Translations under genes and position numbers: made by a program
The notes under the pieces: model-generated
Database searches by the model: none
The model's input: the letters and a program-made list of their open reading frames with translations, nothing else
Told to the model about the DNA's origin: nothing
In this document: one piece after another, positions 12,201-23,278 of the stretch
Numbering within the stretch: the first letter of the stretch is position 1
Layout: the number at the start of each line of letters is the position of its first letter
Origin: Trypethelium eluteriae
Lineage: Eukaryota
Assembly: GCA_051942245.1 (NCBI GenBank)
Contig: JAVECL010000185.1
Span: 1-38,555, forward strand
Direction: 5' to 3'
Length of the DNA stretch: 38,555 nucleotides

Positions 12201-13852
12201 ACCATGCACGTTATTTTCAGCTCTGTCAATGAGATCGCCTTTCATTTGGGCTACTCTGGACCCGAAGACGTCGACCGCACGCCATCGTCCGAGCGATCGA
12301 AAATCTTCAATAATTTCCTGAGCACTGAAGAGCAATGTATCTGCCGCTACGTTGAGTAGTCGAGCCCTGAGAAAGGGCTCGTTCGGCCCGCGAATGTTAC
12401 TGGCCCAAATCCGTGGTCCAAGACTATTGGAGGAAGATGCAGTCATACAGAGGCGATCTCGAACCGAGCCTCGGTAGTTATGACCAATCCGCTCGAAAGT
12501 GTGATAGGCCCTGGACAGATCGTTGCTTTGACATTGCCAGTACAACCTCTCGCGCAAGTGTCGAGACATCCGTGACACCGACTTGCCTTGCGAAGCCTGG
12601 TCTAGCTGGGTATGATGGTTGTGCAGGTCCTTGACTGACCTGACAACATCCTTCCAGGACTTTTTTATGGGACTGAACATATCCCGGAGTTCCATATAAG
12701 AGTTTGTGCTGATGCGACGCTGCTCGTTGAGAAATTCATCGTTCCTTAGCTCCCATTGCTCGTAGTCTTCGGTCTCCCGTGCGATAATCTCCAGAGCTCT
12801 ACTTGTCCGCTGCTTAAGTTCCTCTTGAAATTGAGCGTCTTCTTCTTGCTCCAACATACGCCGTATAACTAGTTCTTTGCGACTTGCAGCGATTTGACGT
12901 TCGTTATAGGACTTTAGTTGAGCACTCGGTAAAGAATGTAAAGTGGCTTCACTGATGGCAGGATCCACCTTGATTGGCTTTTTACCATGCTTGAAGATAT
13001 CCCCATGGGTCGGTGCCTTAGACGGAGTTCGCGTAGCTTTTTGCGCAGAGTCTCTCTGTGGAGGAACGGAGGCCCGTTGCTCTTGCACTGGCGTGACGTC
13101 CTTGGCAATGTTCACGGCTGTTATCCCTTCCGCTCGCTTCTCCATTACTTTCTCCACTTTCACGAAGCTTACCCTCTCTGCAGTTTCCCGCTGCGTCGAT
13201 TCCGGTTTTCGGACCACTTTTGGTTTATAGCCAAGAGTTTCAAGCATTTGCCCTTCGTAATCGGTTCTAACCTTTGTATTTGTTCCAATCGACACCACGG
13301 GTGTGCCAGCTCTGCTTGTAGCCAAAGGCGAGCTGTATGCTAGTGGGGGAGGTACGCGTGACTTTTTGCTGTTTGTGCTTGCAAAGCGAGGTCGCTGTAT
13401 GTGCAGACTGAGTCCATTTGAGGACGTGGGATTCAGTGCCGTTGCGTTTGATGTGGGAAAGCCAGCATCCCTCGCGCCATTTCGTATTCTTTTATTTGTC
13501 GTCGGGTCCCATGCAAAGCTAAAATGTATCCCTCTTGAAAGATTCCACGTATAGTCACGATCCTCTGCCGAATCCCCTGTTGCGAACCGAATCTCATGAC
13601 TTGGGTTCCAAGTGTGGTCCTTAGATGCACGAACTTGCTTGTTGATGTGCCTGGTCGCACGTCAATGTGTGGCACTATTGGAAAATGGAATGAGACTCAC
13701 AGATCAGCTCGATGGAGCCACCTACAGTGAGCAACGTAGCCACTCTGCGTGATATTATCTGCGGCCATTCTCAGGCACCTGCGGGGTTGGAGGCTGGGTG
13801 AAGTCTGGATAGAGCTTTGGATCGCTCTGTAATAACATGTGCGCATTCCCAT
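9276..13852 (-). CDS. Large WRN/EXD2-type DEDDy 3'-5' exonuclease with C-terminal HTH-like domain, ~1508 aa; exons 13852-13701 and 13650-9276
   Basis: ExoI VIGFDMEW, ExoII IKSGVNIGGDF and ExoIII SDWSARLNYEQVKYAAADAYA; C-terminal AYALWHQQGMSVRNIAATLK..TVTSYIL. The frame stays open upstream of the track start (13325) to ~13650. A 50-nt GTGAGT..TTGAC..CAG intron (13700-13651) joins it to an exon with ATGs at 13852, 13846 and 13768. Confidence 0.85.
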
Positions 13853-13887
13853 ACATCTCGAAATTTAGTTCGCTTGCAAGACTTTTA

Positions 13888-13914
13888 ACGCGTTACAAAG
13901 GCTTCCAGACGCGT
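13888..13914. promoter_or_regulatory. Two ACGCGT (MluI cell-cycle box-like) motifs in the divergent exonuclease/LSM5 promoter
   Basis: ACGCGT at 13888-13893 and 13909-13914, within a 292-bp intergenic gap. Confidence 0.4.
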
Positions 13915-14144
13915 CAAGATTGAGCTAATTTTCCGGCACCCGCATCGCCTCATCGTGCAAGGCTCCCGGTGCCCTGATGTCAATGGCTTATGTAATCAAT
14001 TCTGCTCACTTGTAGAAAACTTTACCCACGTGCTAACAATCTGTCCATCGATGACCAAACACACTGTTCGTTAGGCAAATCTTTCCAAACAAGCAAGCGG
14101 AGGAAGATAGGTTCTCAGATAGTTTCACTTGCTGAGAGTGCATC

Positions 14145-14616
14145 ATGGCGTCTCAATTACTTCCGCTTGAACTTATCGATAAATGCGTCGGCTCTAGAAT
14201 CTGGGTGATCATGAAGGGCGATAAGGGTACTATTGCTGTTTCATGGTCAATGTTTCATTGCGGCAAACTGACATTAAGACAGAATTTAGTGGCACACTGC
14301 TCGGTTTCGATGATTATGTCAGTACGTACATTTTTAGCGTCAAAGAATCGAATCTTGTAAGATACTGAGGCTCTACAGATATGGTGCTAGACGATGTTAC
14401 GGAGTTGTGTGTATCCTTTCTTTGAAGCCTCCTGCTGCAGCTAACCATCTGTATTGTAGTGATTATACCGGCACCCCCACTAAGTTATCCAAGATCTTGC
14501 TCAATGGTAACAATATTTGCATGGTTCGTGTCAATGTGCCGCGGTAATGCTTTGAAGACTAACACAAGATGAAGCTTATCCCTGGTGGAGAGGGGCCTGG
14601 CGGAAGTGGGTCTTGA
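14145..14616 (+). CDS. LSM5: U6 snRNA-associated Sm-like protein Lsm5, 84 aa; exons 14145-14226, 14283-14321, 14379-14406, 14460-14523, 14575-14616
   Basis: Spliced product [84 protein letters not shown]; four introns, all in phase. Confidence 0.96.
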
Positions 14617-16580
14617 TTGTAAAATCAACATTCAGGAAAATTCCATGATCATCCTCTGCACTGCTTTCTTAAGTGGAGACTCTAAACCAGAGAGATTAGG
14701 ACTACGGTAGAAAGGAAAATCTGGAGCCTTTGAGACTGAAGTGGAAGGTCAGGGTTCTGTTGTGCTGCCAATTTTTGCTGCCTCTTAAGATCAGCTACCT
14801 GGCCATAGGATGGGTGACACCTGGGAGTAGGGATCAAAGGCGCAGGGGACGACCACGCAAACAGCAGCATTAATTAGCGAGCGAATACGCGAGATGTCCT
14901 CGCGTGCTATCCATGCCAACGGTGGTCGAGGACCTGATAGCAAATTGCATGGATTCTTTAGACTAGACCCAAAAAGAACCTGTAGAATGCCATTCTTCGC
15001 ATAGTCGTATGATTAGAGAAATTAGGGACGTCTCTTATTGGCGTAGAGTTATCCGAACCCCTGGCTGCTGAGCTCGAGCTTCGCTTTAGACTTATAGTGA
15101 AGCGTTCCGAACGCAGGTGTCAGAGATGGGAAGAAATTTCAATGACAGGGCAGGGTACTTCATAGCTGGTGGGGAAGCTATCCTATGTTTCTCCTCACCT
15201 CCTGGTGGCCAGACTCTGAAGCTGCGAGGAGGGTGCAGTTGGGCAGCTTGGTTTGACCAGGAAATAGATGGAATCGGGCCAGAGGCGCGAGGGGGCAACA
15301 GGGCAAGTTCAAGGGACCAGCAAGCACCAGCAGCACCGCCAGGACATATGGATCTCGCAGCAGGTTCATCGGCATGGATCAGCATGCGCTAGATGGCAAT
15401 GATGGTCGCAATGGCATTGTTCGGAGCTCGACCGAGGGGCGAGTTGCAGGGCAAGGCTAGCTGGAGATGAGAGTGATGAGGTGCCCAGGTACGGGCGTTG
15501 CGTCAGTGGCGTGATGACCCTCGTGCGCTCCTCCCCCATCGGCGGCCAATGCTCGATCCCTCTCGATCTCCACCACGAGCTTGATGGCCGTCACCTGGGG
15601 CGTGTCACGGAAGCTGTCCTGCACGAACATGAATTTCCATCCCTACACCCTCGCCGGCGATGGCCTCTGCAATGGGAGCTACCGCGCTTCAAGTTGTGCT
15701 TGCGGCTGCCAAATCCATCTTTGCTCGCCGCCATAAGCTCCAGTGACAGTTAAGACTCTTTTTCGCCTCCGCCACCTTTCTATTCTATCCACGAGGGATC
15801 CGCCGTCTGACCCCGGCCTTGCCTGTTGCATCTGATCGATATCATCTCAAGCATGCCTTGGTGCGTTTATGCTGATGGTTTTTTGTCCACATCGAATTCC
15901 CACCTTGCAACCACACCACGAGTATCTGGCCGCACTCTTGAACCAATCAGCTACCATCCCAGTCAAAGCGGCTCTTGTCTCGACCAATGTTTGCATTCTA
16001 GCCGCTAGTAAGACCTTTGCCTTTCTCACCAGCTTCGCGACATAAATCTCCGTTTTTGAGTCCCAAGGTTCTAGGGACGACGTCACGCCGGGTCCGGCAT
16101 CAACTCCGCTACTCTTCCGCCCGAATCGTGCCTCCGCATCGCAGACTGCACCTCGTTAACCTCGTCTTTTCTCCAAAACCTTGTCATATTGCTCCATTCT
16201 CGTGTTGATAACTCTTTCCGGTGAAAAATTCTACGAAGAGCCCGAGGCTTTGCTTGACCACGATAACGATATCGAGCCAAATTATTTCCCGTCCTAAGAC
16301 TTCCTAAGTAGATTGCGATAGCAATTGAACGTCGTTATAGCACCCGAACACCGACATACATCCTCAAGCTTCGCACGGTCGCCAAGTACTGGACAGTACG
16401 ATCCCGATTCGGGTGATACCCCATTCTCACTCCTGCATGGGGTAAAGGGTAGTTTCAGTGTCCAATACCAGCAGGAGCAGACTGGGCAGAGCACCAATCG
16501 CACTATAAATCCCTTGTCTAAATAATAGGCCTTCACAACTTTTGCAAAGTTGGGGCAGCCCAAGTGGTGGAAAGCACTTC

Positions 16581-18384
16581 ATGACATCTCTGAAGGATCG
16601 TCTGGACCAATTGGGATTGCTTCAATATCACGATGCATTTGTCTCGGAGGGCTTCGATACTTGGGAAACACTTCAAGAAATAACAGAATCAGATTTGTAA
16701 GATTTTGCCGGTCGTCTGTTTTTGGAAGCGCCTTCAAGGCTGACTCGACGGATCAGGAGTGCGCTGGATGTAAAGCTTGGTCACCGCAGAGTATGTTCTC
16801 GCTGTATCCTGATCACTCTAAGCAATTGTAGTGAGCAATCCTGACTGATTTGTCAATAGAAGCTCCAACGCGCAATTGCCGATGCTAAGGGACAACCCGT
16901 CGCTACATTGAGGACCACTTCTAGCACCGATGAACCTTATCGAAGTGATGAATCTGGTGGGGAGAATAGAATACCGCGAAATCGCACTACGGCTTCCCGT
17001 GGTGGTGGTGGAAGTGGTGGAGGAGGTGGAGGAGGAGGTGCAGGAACTAGCGCAAAACGCAAATATCGTCGCCATCCCAAGGTTTGTTTGTGAGAGCTGA
17101 ATCCCCAAATCCTCAATCCAATCTACTCATTAACGCATGGGTTTCCATATTTGCTGACGATTGGCTTTGAAGCCCGACGAGAATGCTCCAGAGAGACCAC
17201 CTTCTGCCTACGTCATATTTTCCAATCGTAAGCAGATTAAATGGAAGCAGTTGCACGTATGGGCTAACAATTCTCCTAGAGACGAGAGATACTTTGAAAG
17301 GGCAGGAACTTTCTTTTGCAGAAATTGCAAAACTTGTTGGAGAGCGCTGGCAACAACTGGCGCCTGAAGAACGAGAGCCATTCGAGCGCAAGGCGACTAC
17401 GGCGAAGGAGAAATATTATTCTCAGCTTGCTGAGTACAAGAAGACATCGCATTACAAAGAATATCAAGATTACGTGGCAGACTTTCGGGCAAAGTATCCA
17501 GCTCAGCCTGCCGGTACCTGTCTCCCAAAATTTCCGTATCTCAAATTAGATGTGCTGATAGTAAGTCAGAGGGAAAACGCTCGAAACTTGAAACCGAGAC
17601 GAGCACCTCAACTCGAAGTAGCAGCCATGAGATCTCCGAAAGATCCCGGAGACGCTTTAGCGCTGGGACCGAAACACTCGTTGAACGGTATCCACGAGCT
17701 GGTTCGAGTCCTCCAACAGCCATGCATCCCCATCATTCGACATCATCATATCCTACGTCACCAGCTACACAGAATTTTGGCACCCAACAATCTCCAGCAG
17801 GTCATGGGGAACATTCTCCAATATCTGTCTCGCCGATTTCAAGTTCGCAGCAGTCTCGCGGACCATTCTCGGGCCTTCTTCACACGCGTGAGCACAGGTT
17901 GGATCGTATGAATAATCCACAGCAGAATGCTCCTTCTCAAATACCTTACAGCTTTCTTCGAAGTATGTATCTGTCCAGAAATGCTCTCCGTGGTTGTTGA
18001 CTAGTTATAGGCGAGTCGACTGGAAGCAGGAGTAATCGCGATTCACCGTCAATCCCACCATTGATGCATGAAGAAACAACCCTGTCTTCCGAAAGCTCTC
18101 ATACGAGCGTCCCTTATCAAGCTGCACAACTGCCACAAACCGAGGTGCTCAAGCCGCATCCTCATCGCTTACTTCCTGCACCAGTGCCAACTCCTGGTGC
18201 AGTACTCTCTCCCCTTGATGCTACGAGACCGCCTCTTCCTGTACCGTTCACAACTGCGTCACAGGATCCTCGTCAGCCGAATCCTCTAGCAGCGCTTCTT
18301 CGGGCCGGAGAACTCGCAAGAGAATCGGAAAGTCGTGCTGACGAGTCAAATACTACCAAGGATACTTCGGACCGACCGCCTTAA
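16581..18384 (+). CDS. SAM-domain plus HMG-box transcriptional regulator, ~475 aa; exons 16581-16696, 16757-16790, 16860-17081, 17173-17227, 17280-17513, 17570-17962, 18011-18384
   Basis: N-terminal SAM (LDQLGLLQYHDAFVSEGFDTWETLQEITESDLSALDVKLGHRRKLQRAI) and HMG box (KRKYRRHPKPDENAPERPPSAYVIFSN..LSFAEIAKLVGERWQQL..EKYYSQLAEYKKT). All six introns keep phase. Confidence 0.9.
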
Positions 18385-19664
18385 GCGATATCTACGGAGC
18401 TTCTTTCAAGATATTCTTCAATTTCGTTCGATTCGTTTTATGGTCACCAAATTAGATTCTGGCCAGTTGGGCATGCAACGGATTACCAGACAAATTCACT
18501 GGGTGCTGTATATGGTAGACTACGATTCAAATAGCGCTCTTTAATGGCAGAATCAACCAGGTAAAAATATCCTTTCCCGATAAGGTTTTGCAACTTATGT
18601 CTAGCATTGTCGCTTTCGTGTAGACATCACGAAGTACAGTCTCAACATACAAGTGAATGCTATCGTTGCCTAGATCTTTGTGGAAGGGACCTAGAACTGT
18701 TGGGCAATAACTTCTTCTCAAACTATGATGCTACGAGTTTCTTACATCACATGATGGGTGGTAGTGTGTTTTGTTCTCTCCATTCACATTAAATTTTCCT
18801 TGAGCGTGTCTGTCAGTTTTTCCAACGTGTTACAAGGCGCGTGGAGCTCAGCTTGGGAGAAGCACTTCCTTGGATTTCCTTGGCCACGATCAACGAGCTG
18901 TATTCCTACTAGTAGCACCACATAAGCGTGCTCAGCTCCTGTGGTAGAATGAGCCGTTACCTTTCTCCGCCTTATCTCTAACGTAATCTACTCCTTGGTC
19001 GGCTGCGGTGACATATTCACTATGGTCTTACGACTTTACGCTCGTGATTCGATGCGATCTTACTGCGGCTGGATATATCATCGACGGTATCAAGGATGCC
19101 TGTGATCATTTACTTCCTTTTAAGAGTTGATAAGATTTCAACGAAGCTAATTTCCAAAATCTACCATTGTTGCTCTACCAGAGCGTCTCGAAAAAGACTG
19201 TCCGGCCGTGCTGAAATTCACTCAATCATCGCATCATTAAAATGTTTCAATGCCACTTGTACCTAGTCGGAAAACTGGTTGATCTAGCGACGGCACCTAG
19301 CTGTTTACAGCAACGCTCGTAATCGTTTCAACACCATTAAGATGTCCGTCACTGATCTTGACGTCTCCATTTTCGATGGGCCTTGTGACACTTGACGTTG
19401 TATATGATTAAAACTACTGGTCAACAAGCAGGTGGACCCTTTGCTTTTGCTATTGGTCGTCGGAACGTTCCCTGCTTGCAGATGACGAAACAGTGCCAGT
19501 CTGGGAGACGTTGCAGGAGATCCCACAATTCTAGCCCTGAAACGCACTCCTATCCCATCATTCCGTAGATTCTCTATTTAGTATCGGTATCAATGCCAAG
19601 AGAAAGATTTGAATCCAACAAACGCTTCGTCAAACTAGCAAGAATATCATAGTAATTCGTAACC

Positions 19665-20690
19665 ATGGCAAACGCGGACCAATCCGTCCTCCACCTCCAC
19701 CCGCTCGTCCCTACTGACCTTCCTACTCATCCAACACTCTCAGCCCATCAGCAGTCTTCTCCTGATACTTCCAGCTTCATCAAGCGTGTTCTTGATGAGG
19801 CGGTCGCTCTCGTCGACTCGACCATTCCTCAATCCTTCCACTCGGTATCCAAGTCGAAGACATCGCCACCTTCTGCTGCATCCGTCGAGCTCCTTTCTCG
19901 TAGCATCTCGGCGAGCGCTCTGCCTGGTCATGTCAAGAGGGAAGGTAGCAGCAGCAGTAAAGGCGAGGCGTGGTTCGCGCGGCGCAGCGTACACGAGGAT
20001 GCAGCGAAAGAAGGCACGGCGAGTTGGGCGGAGTTCGAGGACGGGCTGTTGAGGAATCACAGTGCGAACGAGATGGACTACACGCCGGATGTGTATGACG
20101 CGTATAAGGTTTTGGAATGGGACGCAAGTCAGTTGGGTACTGTGGAAGGTTACGAGGGTGTAGGGATGTACAGTGAGTGTTTTTCATTTCAATCTAGTCC
20201 GTCTAATTGCAAGCATTATTGGACATGAAAAAACTGATCCATGTGCATGTGAACGGCTGTAGTCATCGAAATGTGTCATCATATCCCCCCACCGCTCTCG
20301 AATCGTTGTTTTTCAGTTCTTGTCGTCACTGCGCATATACCGAACCGCACTTCACCGAACCTTCCTTCGTTCATTGACGTCCAGATTCCCGTTGACATCT
20401 CTGGGCTCCAGGAAGCTATGTACAGCAATGGAAAACACAAAAGTGAAGCAGATACCTCGCAGAAGAAGAAGCCAATCACTATGGGTCAATACACTAGTGT
20501 GGAAAGAGTGAAGTTAGTCGAAGAAGAAGGGAAAGCAAAGAAGGAAATTGTATGGGAAATGGCGACAGCGAGTGACGCAAAAGGTACTCTTCCAATGGCT
20601 GTGCAGAAAATGGGTGTTCCTGGCGCTATTATCAAGGATGTCGGATTCTTTCTGGGATGGGTGGCGAGGAGGCGCAAAACCGGTGCATAA
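19665..20690 (+). CDS. DUF3074-like (START/SRPBCC-like) fungal protein, ~311 aa; exons 19665-20172 and 20263-20690
   Basis: Motifs EAWFARRSVHED..GTASWAEF..HSANEMDYTP and GQYTSVERV..IVWEMATASDAKGTLP..GAIIKDVGFFLGW. A GTGAGT..TAG intron joins ORFs 19665 and 20271 in phase. Confidence 0.85.
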
Positions 20691-20829
20691 TTCTTGTCCA
20701 TCGTCTTTGCAGAAGCCGCTAGGACGGGTGAAGAGAATACAATCCCAACATACTGCTACGAGATGTTTGGGCCTGTACCCAGCTGTCATTCGTGATTACT
20801 CTTTGGTGTAGTCTATGAGCTGGCCAATC

Positions 20830-21499
20830 CTACTCCTCGATTATGTTGACGTCGCGGATAGATCGAGTAGCCGATTTTCGGAAATACGTGGTGAGGAACT
20901 CTTTGACGATTTCAACGGTCCGAGTTTCAGTGCGCGTCCTTTTTAGCAGCTCAACATGGCAGTGGTAGTTGAGAGATCAAGGGCGTGATTAGTGATTGGC
21001 ATTTCCTTGCTATGACTGGTCGAAACCTGGTCAACCTCCTCCTCCCTTTGTCGTTGTTCTCCCCGTTCTCGTATTAAACATCGGGCTGCTGACATGGATT
21101 TGAGGAACATTGGTACTGGCTGCTGATGTCAGGCAAACAATCTTCAGTGGAGAAGAAGGGGCGAACCGTTCTAGACAATAAATCAGGTGCTCGAAACCAC
21201 ATACGTTGGCGTCTGGTACATAAATCCTGTATCTCATCACGGATTTAGATATGGCTCTGCGCCAAAGGGGACATTGGATCCGGGGGCGTGTGCTGCCATC
21301 GATTGATAGCGAAGTACCTGACGGACAGCAAATCCTCGTAGATTTGCAGGCTGAGGCCGAATGCAAGATCCAAGAAACCGGCGGGTGCATGACCATGAGG
21401 AAGATGTCCGTACCGGATGCCGACACTTCCTAGGACCGGATTGGGGGCTCTCCTGGCATTGCATTGGGGCAAATGGGATTCGGGCCCTTGTGACTGCAT
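20830..21499 (-). pseudogene. Probable degraded fungal F-box-like gene (nonsense codon plus apparent frameshifts)
   Basis: The frame from ATG 21499 contains AGFLDLAFGLSLQIYEDLL, resembling FLDLPxELRLQIYExLL. It then reads SPLAQSHI*IRDEIQDL, resembling xLLxTCxQIRxE, with TAA (21247-21245) where Gln is expected. Protein-like fragments continue in other frames to TAG 20832-20830. Confidence 0.5.
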
Positions 21500-23278
21500 C
21501 AATGACGTCTGGGCCGGATGGCGGGAAGTATTGTATGACCCTGAGGAAGAGTACCTATGAGCTGAAGCATTGAGGACGTTACTGGCATGCGCCTTAGCGT
21601 GGTCTTGACTTTGTTGGAGAGAGTAGGAAAGTTGCCAGTAATGGTGAAGGCTGAGGTGGATCAAAGGTGCAGGTGCGAGGGAAGATATGCAGGTAGAAGG
21701 TGAGGGGGCCGTCGTTAATCGTACATACAGCGGCGTGCACGTTGAGATCGTGAAAAGAGAAGCGTTCCCATGCTTGTGCTTCTTGTCTAGCATTCCAACT
21801 TTGTTTCTTATGCTTCCGAGGCACCTCAAAATATCTTCCAACCCTAATAAGATGGTAGCCAAAACGACTTATTTCTATCAATCCGCTGTGGCCTACTCCC
21901 TGCGTGATCTGGAGGAGGCACGACCTCCTGTGCTGTCGATCAATAGCATGCAGAGAAGACTAGTTGCACGTGCATATCCACAAAGACTACGTTCATGTCG
22001 AAAATATTGGAAGCGGCAACTACTACTGGCGTTTTGCAGGGGAGGAGAAAGCCGCAAAGACAAAAGTGCTCAATATTGTCAGGACCAAAATCGGCAAAGT
22101 TGAGAGAAGTACTTGAAACTCAAACGCCAATCTCGAGGCGTTCGAATCTGAAATAAATGATTACCACAGGAGGGATGACGATAGGGAATTCCTGCCCAGG
22201 GATGCAGCTAAAGGGGGAGGGGAAGATCCGATCGGGAAGGCTATAGGTCTGGAAACGGAGGTCGCGGCGCTGAGAAACGGCCCAGGGGATTGCTCTGATA
22301 GTCACCCGGCGGAATTGAATAAGAAGCAAGTAGGAAGTACAACAGTAGAGTTGGTGGTAAGGAAATGGATGGACGACATTACCGGCATCGAAGGCTGATT
22401 GAAGAAGCGGATGGGCTGCGATGGAGAGCAGCTCCTCGAGTTGGAGCGGCAGACTTACGGTGACAAGTTGACAAAGAAAATTGAGGCTTGAGAGAGAGTT
22501 ATAAGCGCAAGAGATGGTATTCCCTGACTTTTTTTTGCCCTATCGCTGAGGCCTATCCTTGAATTGATTGATATATCATACAATCATCACTATTAAGCAA
22601 CTCAGTATTTGTTCTTGAAGATGAAGCAATGAATAAAGCTTTGATCCAAAAATTAGCTCATTTGGTCTACTAAGTTTGCTCTGAACGGAGGTGTGTTTCC
22701 ATTCAATTCGTGGCGACAAGAAGAAATACGGTACTTAGTTTACTGCTAGGTGGCATATGTACTAGGTACTAAGTAGGTAGGGTGTGGTGGTGAGGTGAGG
22801 TCGCCTCGGAGCGTGGGGCGCAGGACAAGAGTGACAGGGACAGGGCAGGCACACACGGCACAGCAGGGTCCAAGAAAGGCACTCAGTAGCCCCACCCCAC
22901 TTCTCAGTCAACGCCTCATGTCAAAGGGATCACCAGGGATTTTAGATATTAGCGACTCCCTTTGACGTCCTGTGCTTTGCTTCGTCAACAGCTTATTCTG
23001 TGTCTCACTCAATCGTGTGATCCATTGCACCTTCATCGTATTGAGTGGACTATTTCCCTTGTGACTCAGCCGGTGTCTTTCTTTCGCTTAGTCTGTGGCA
23101 ATGACTCCTGCACTCAACCTGAGTGTCATCAGGCTTTGAATGCGATTAATGTCACCAGCGCTTCCAACGTTTATCGGCGGCGGAACGAAGATTGACAAAT
23201 TTCCTCCTGCACTTGAGCGAGTATCGACTCTTAGATTTGTGGATATTTTACCAATATTTTCGTACAATCCCAACAATC

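Noticed and set aside
21140..21246. Box C/D snoRNA candidate on the minus strand (GTGATGA 21240-21234; CTGA 21186-21183; TGTGGTTTCG complementary to LSU rRNA CGAAACCACA)
   Set aside because: The C box is explained by codons CGT-GAT-GAG (R-D-E) of the pseudogene motif. The antisense stretch ends 5 nt short of the D box and the terminal stem is poor. An Rfam/snoscan hit would revive it.
21245..21247. Premature stop rescued by A-to-I editing or readthrough
   Set aside because: The stop is TAA and the expected residue is Gln, not Trp. Additional downstream stops and frameshifts would remain.
21840..21847. AACCCTAA as a telomerase RNA template
   Set aside because: An 8-mer is expected about once by chance in a window this size. 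There is too little room on the + strand before HEL2 and no other supporting elements.
23192..23278. TTG-initiated N-terminal extension of HEL2
   Set aside because: The ATG at 23279 has good context (ATCATGG), and the upstream stretch looks like AT-rich 5' UTR.
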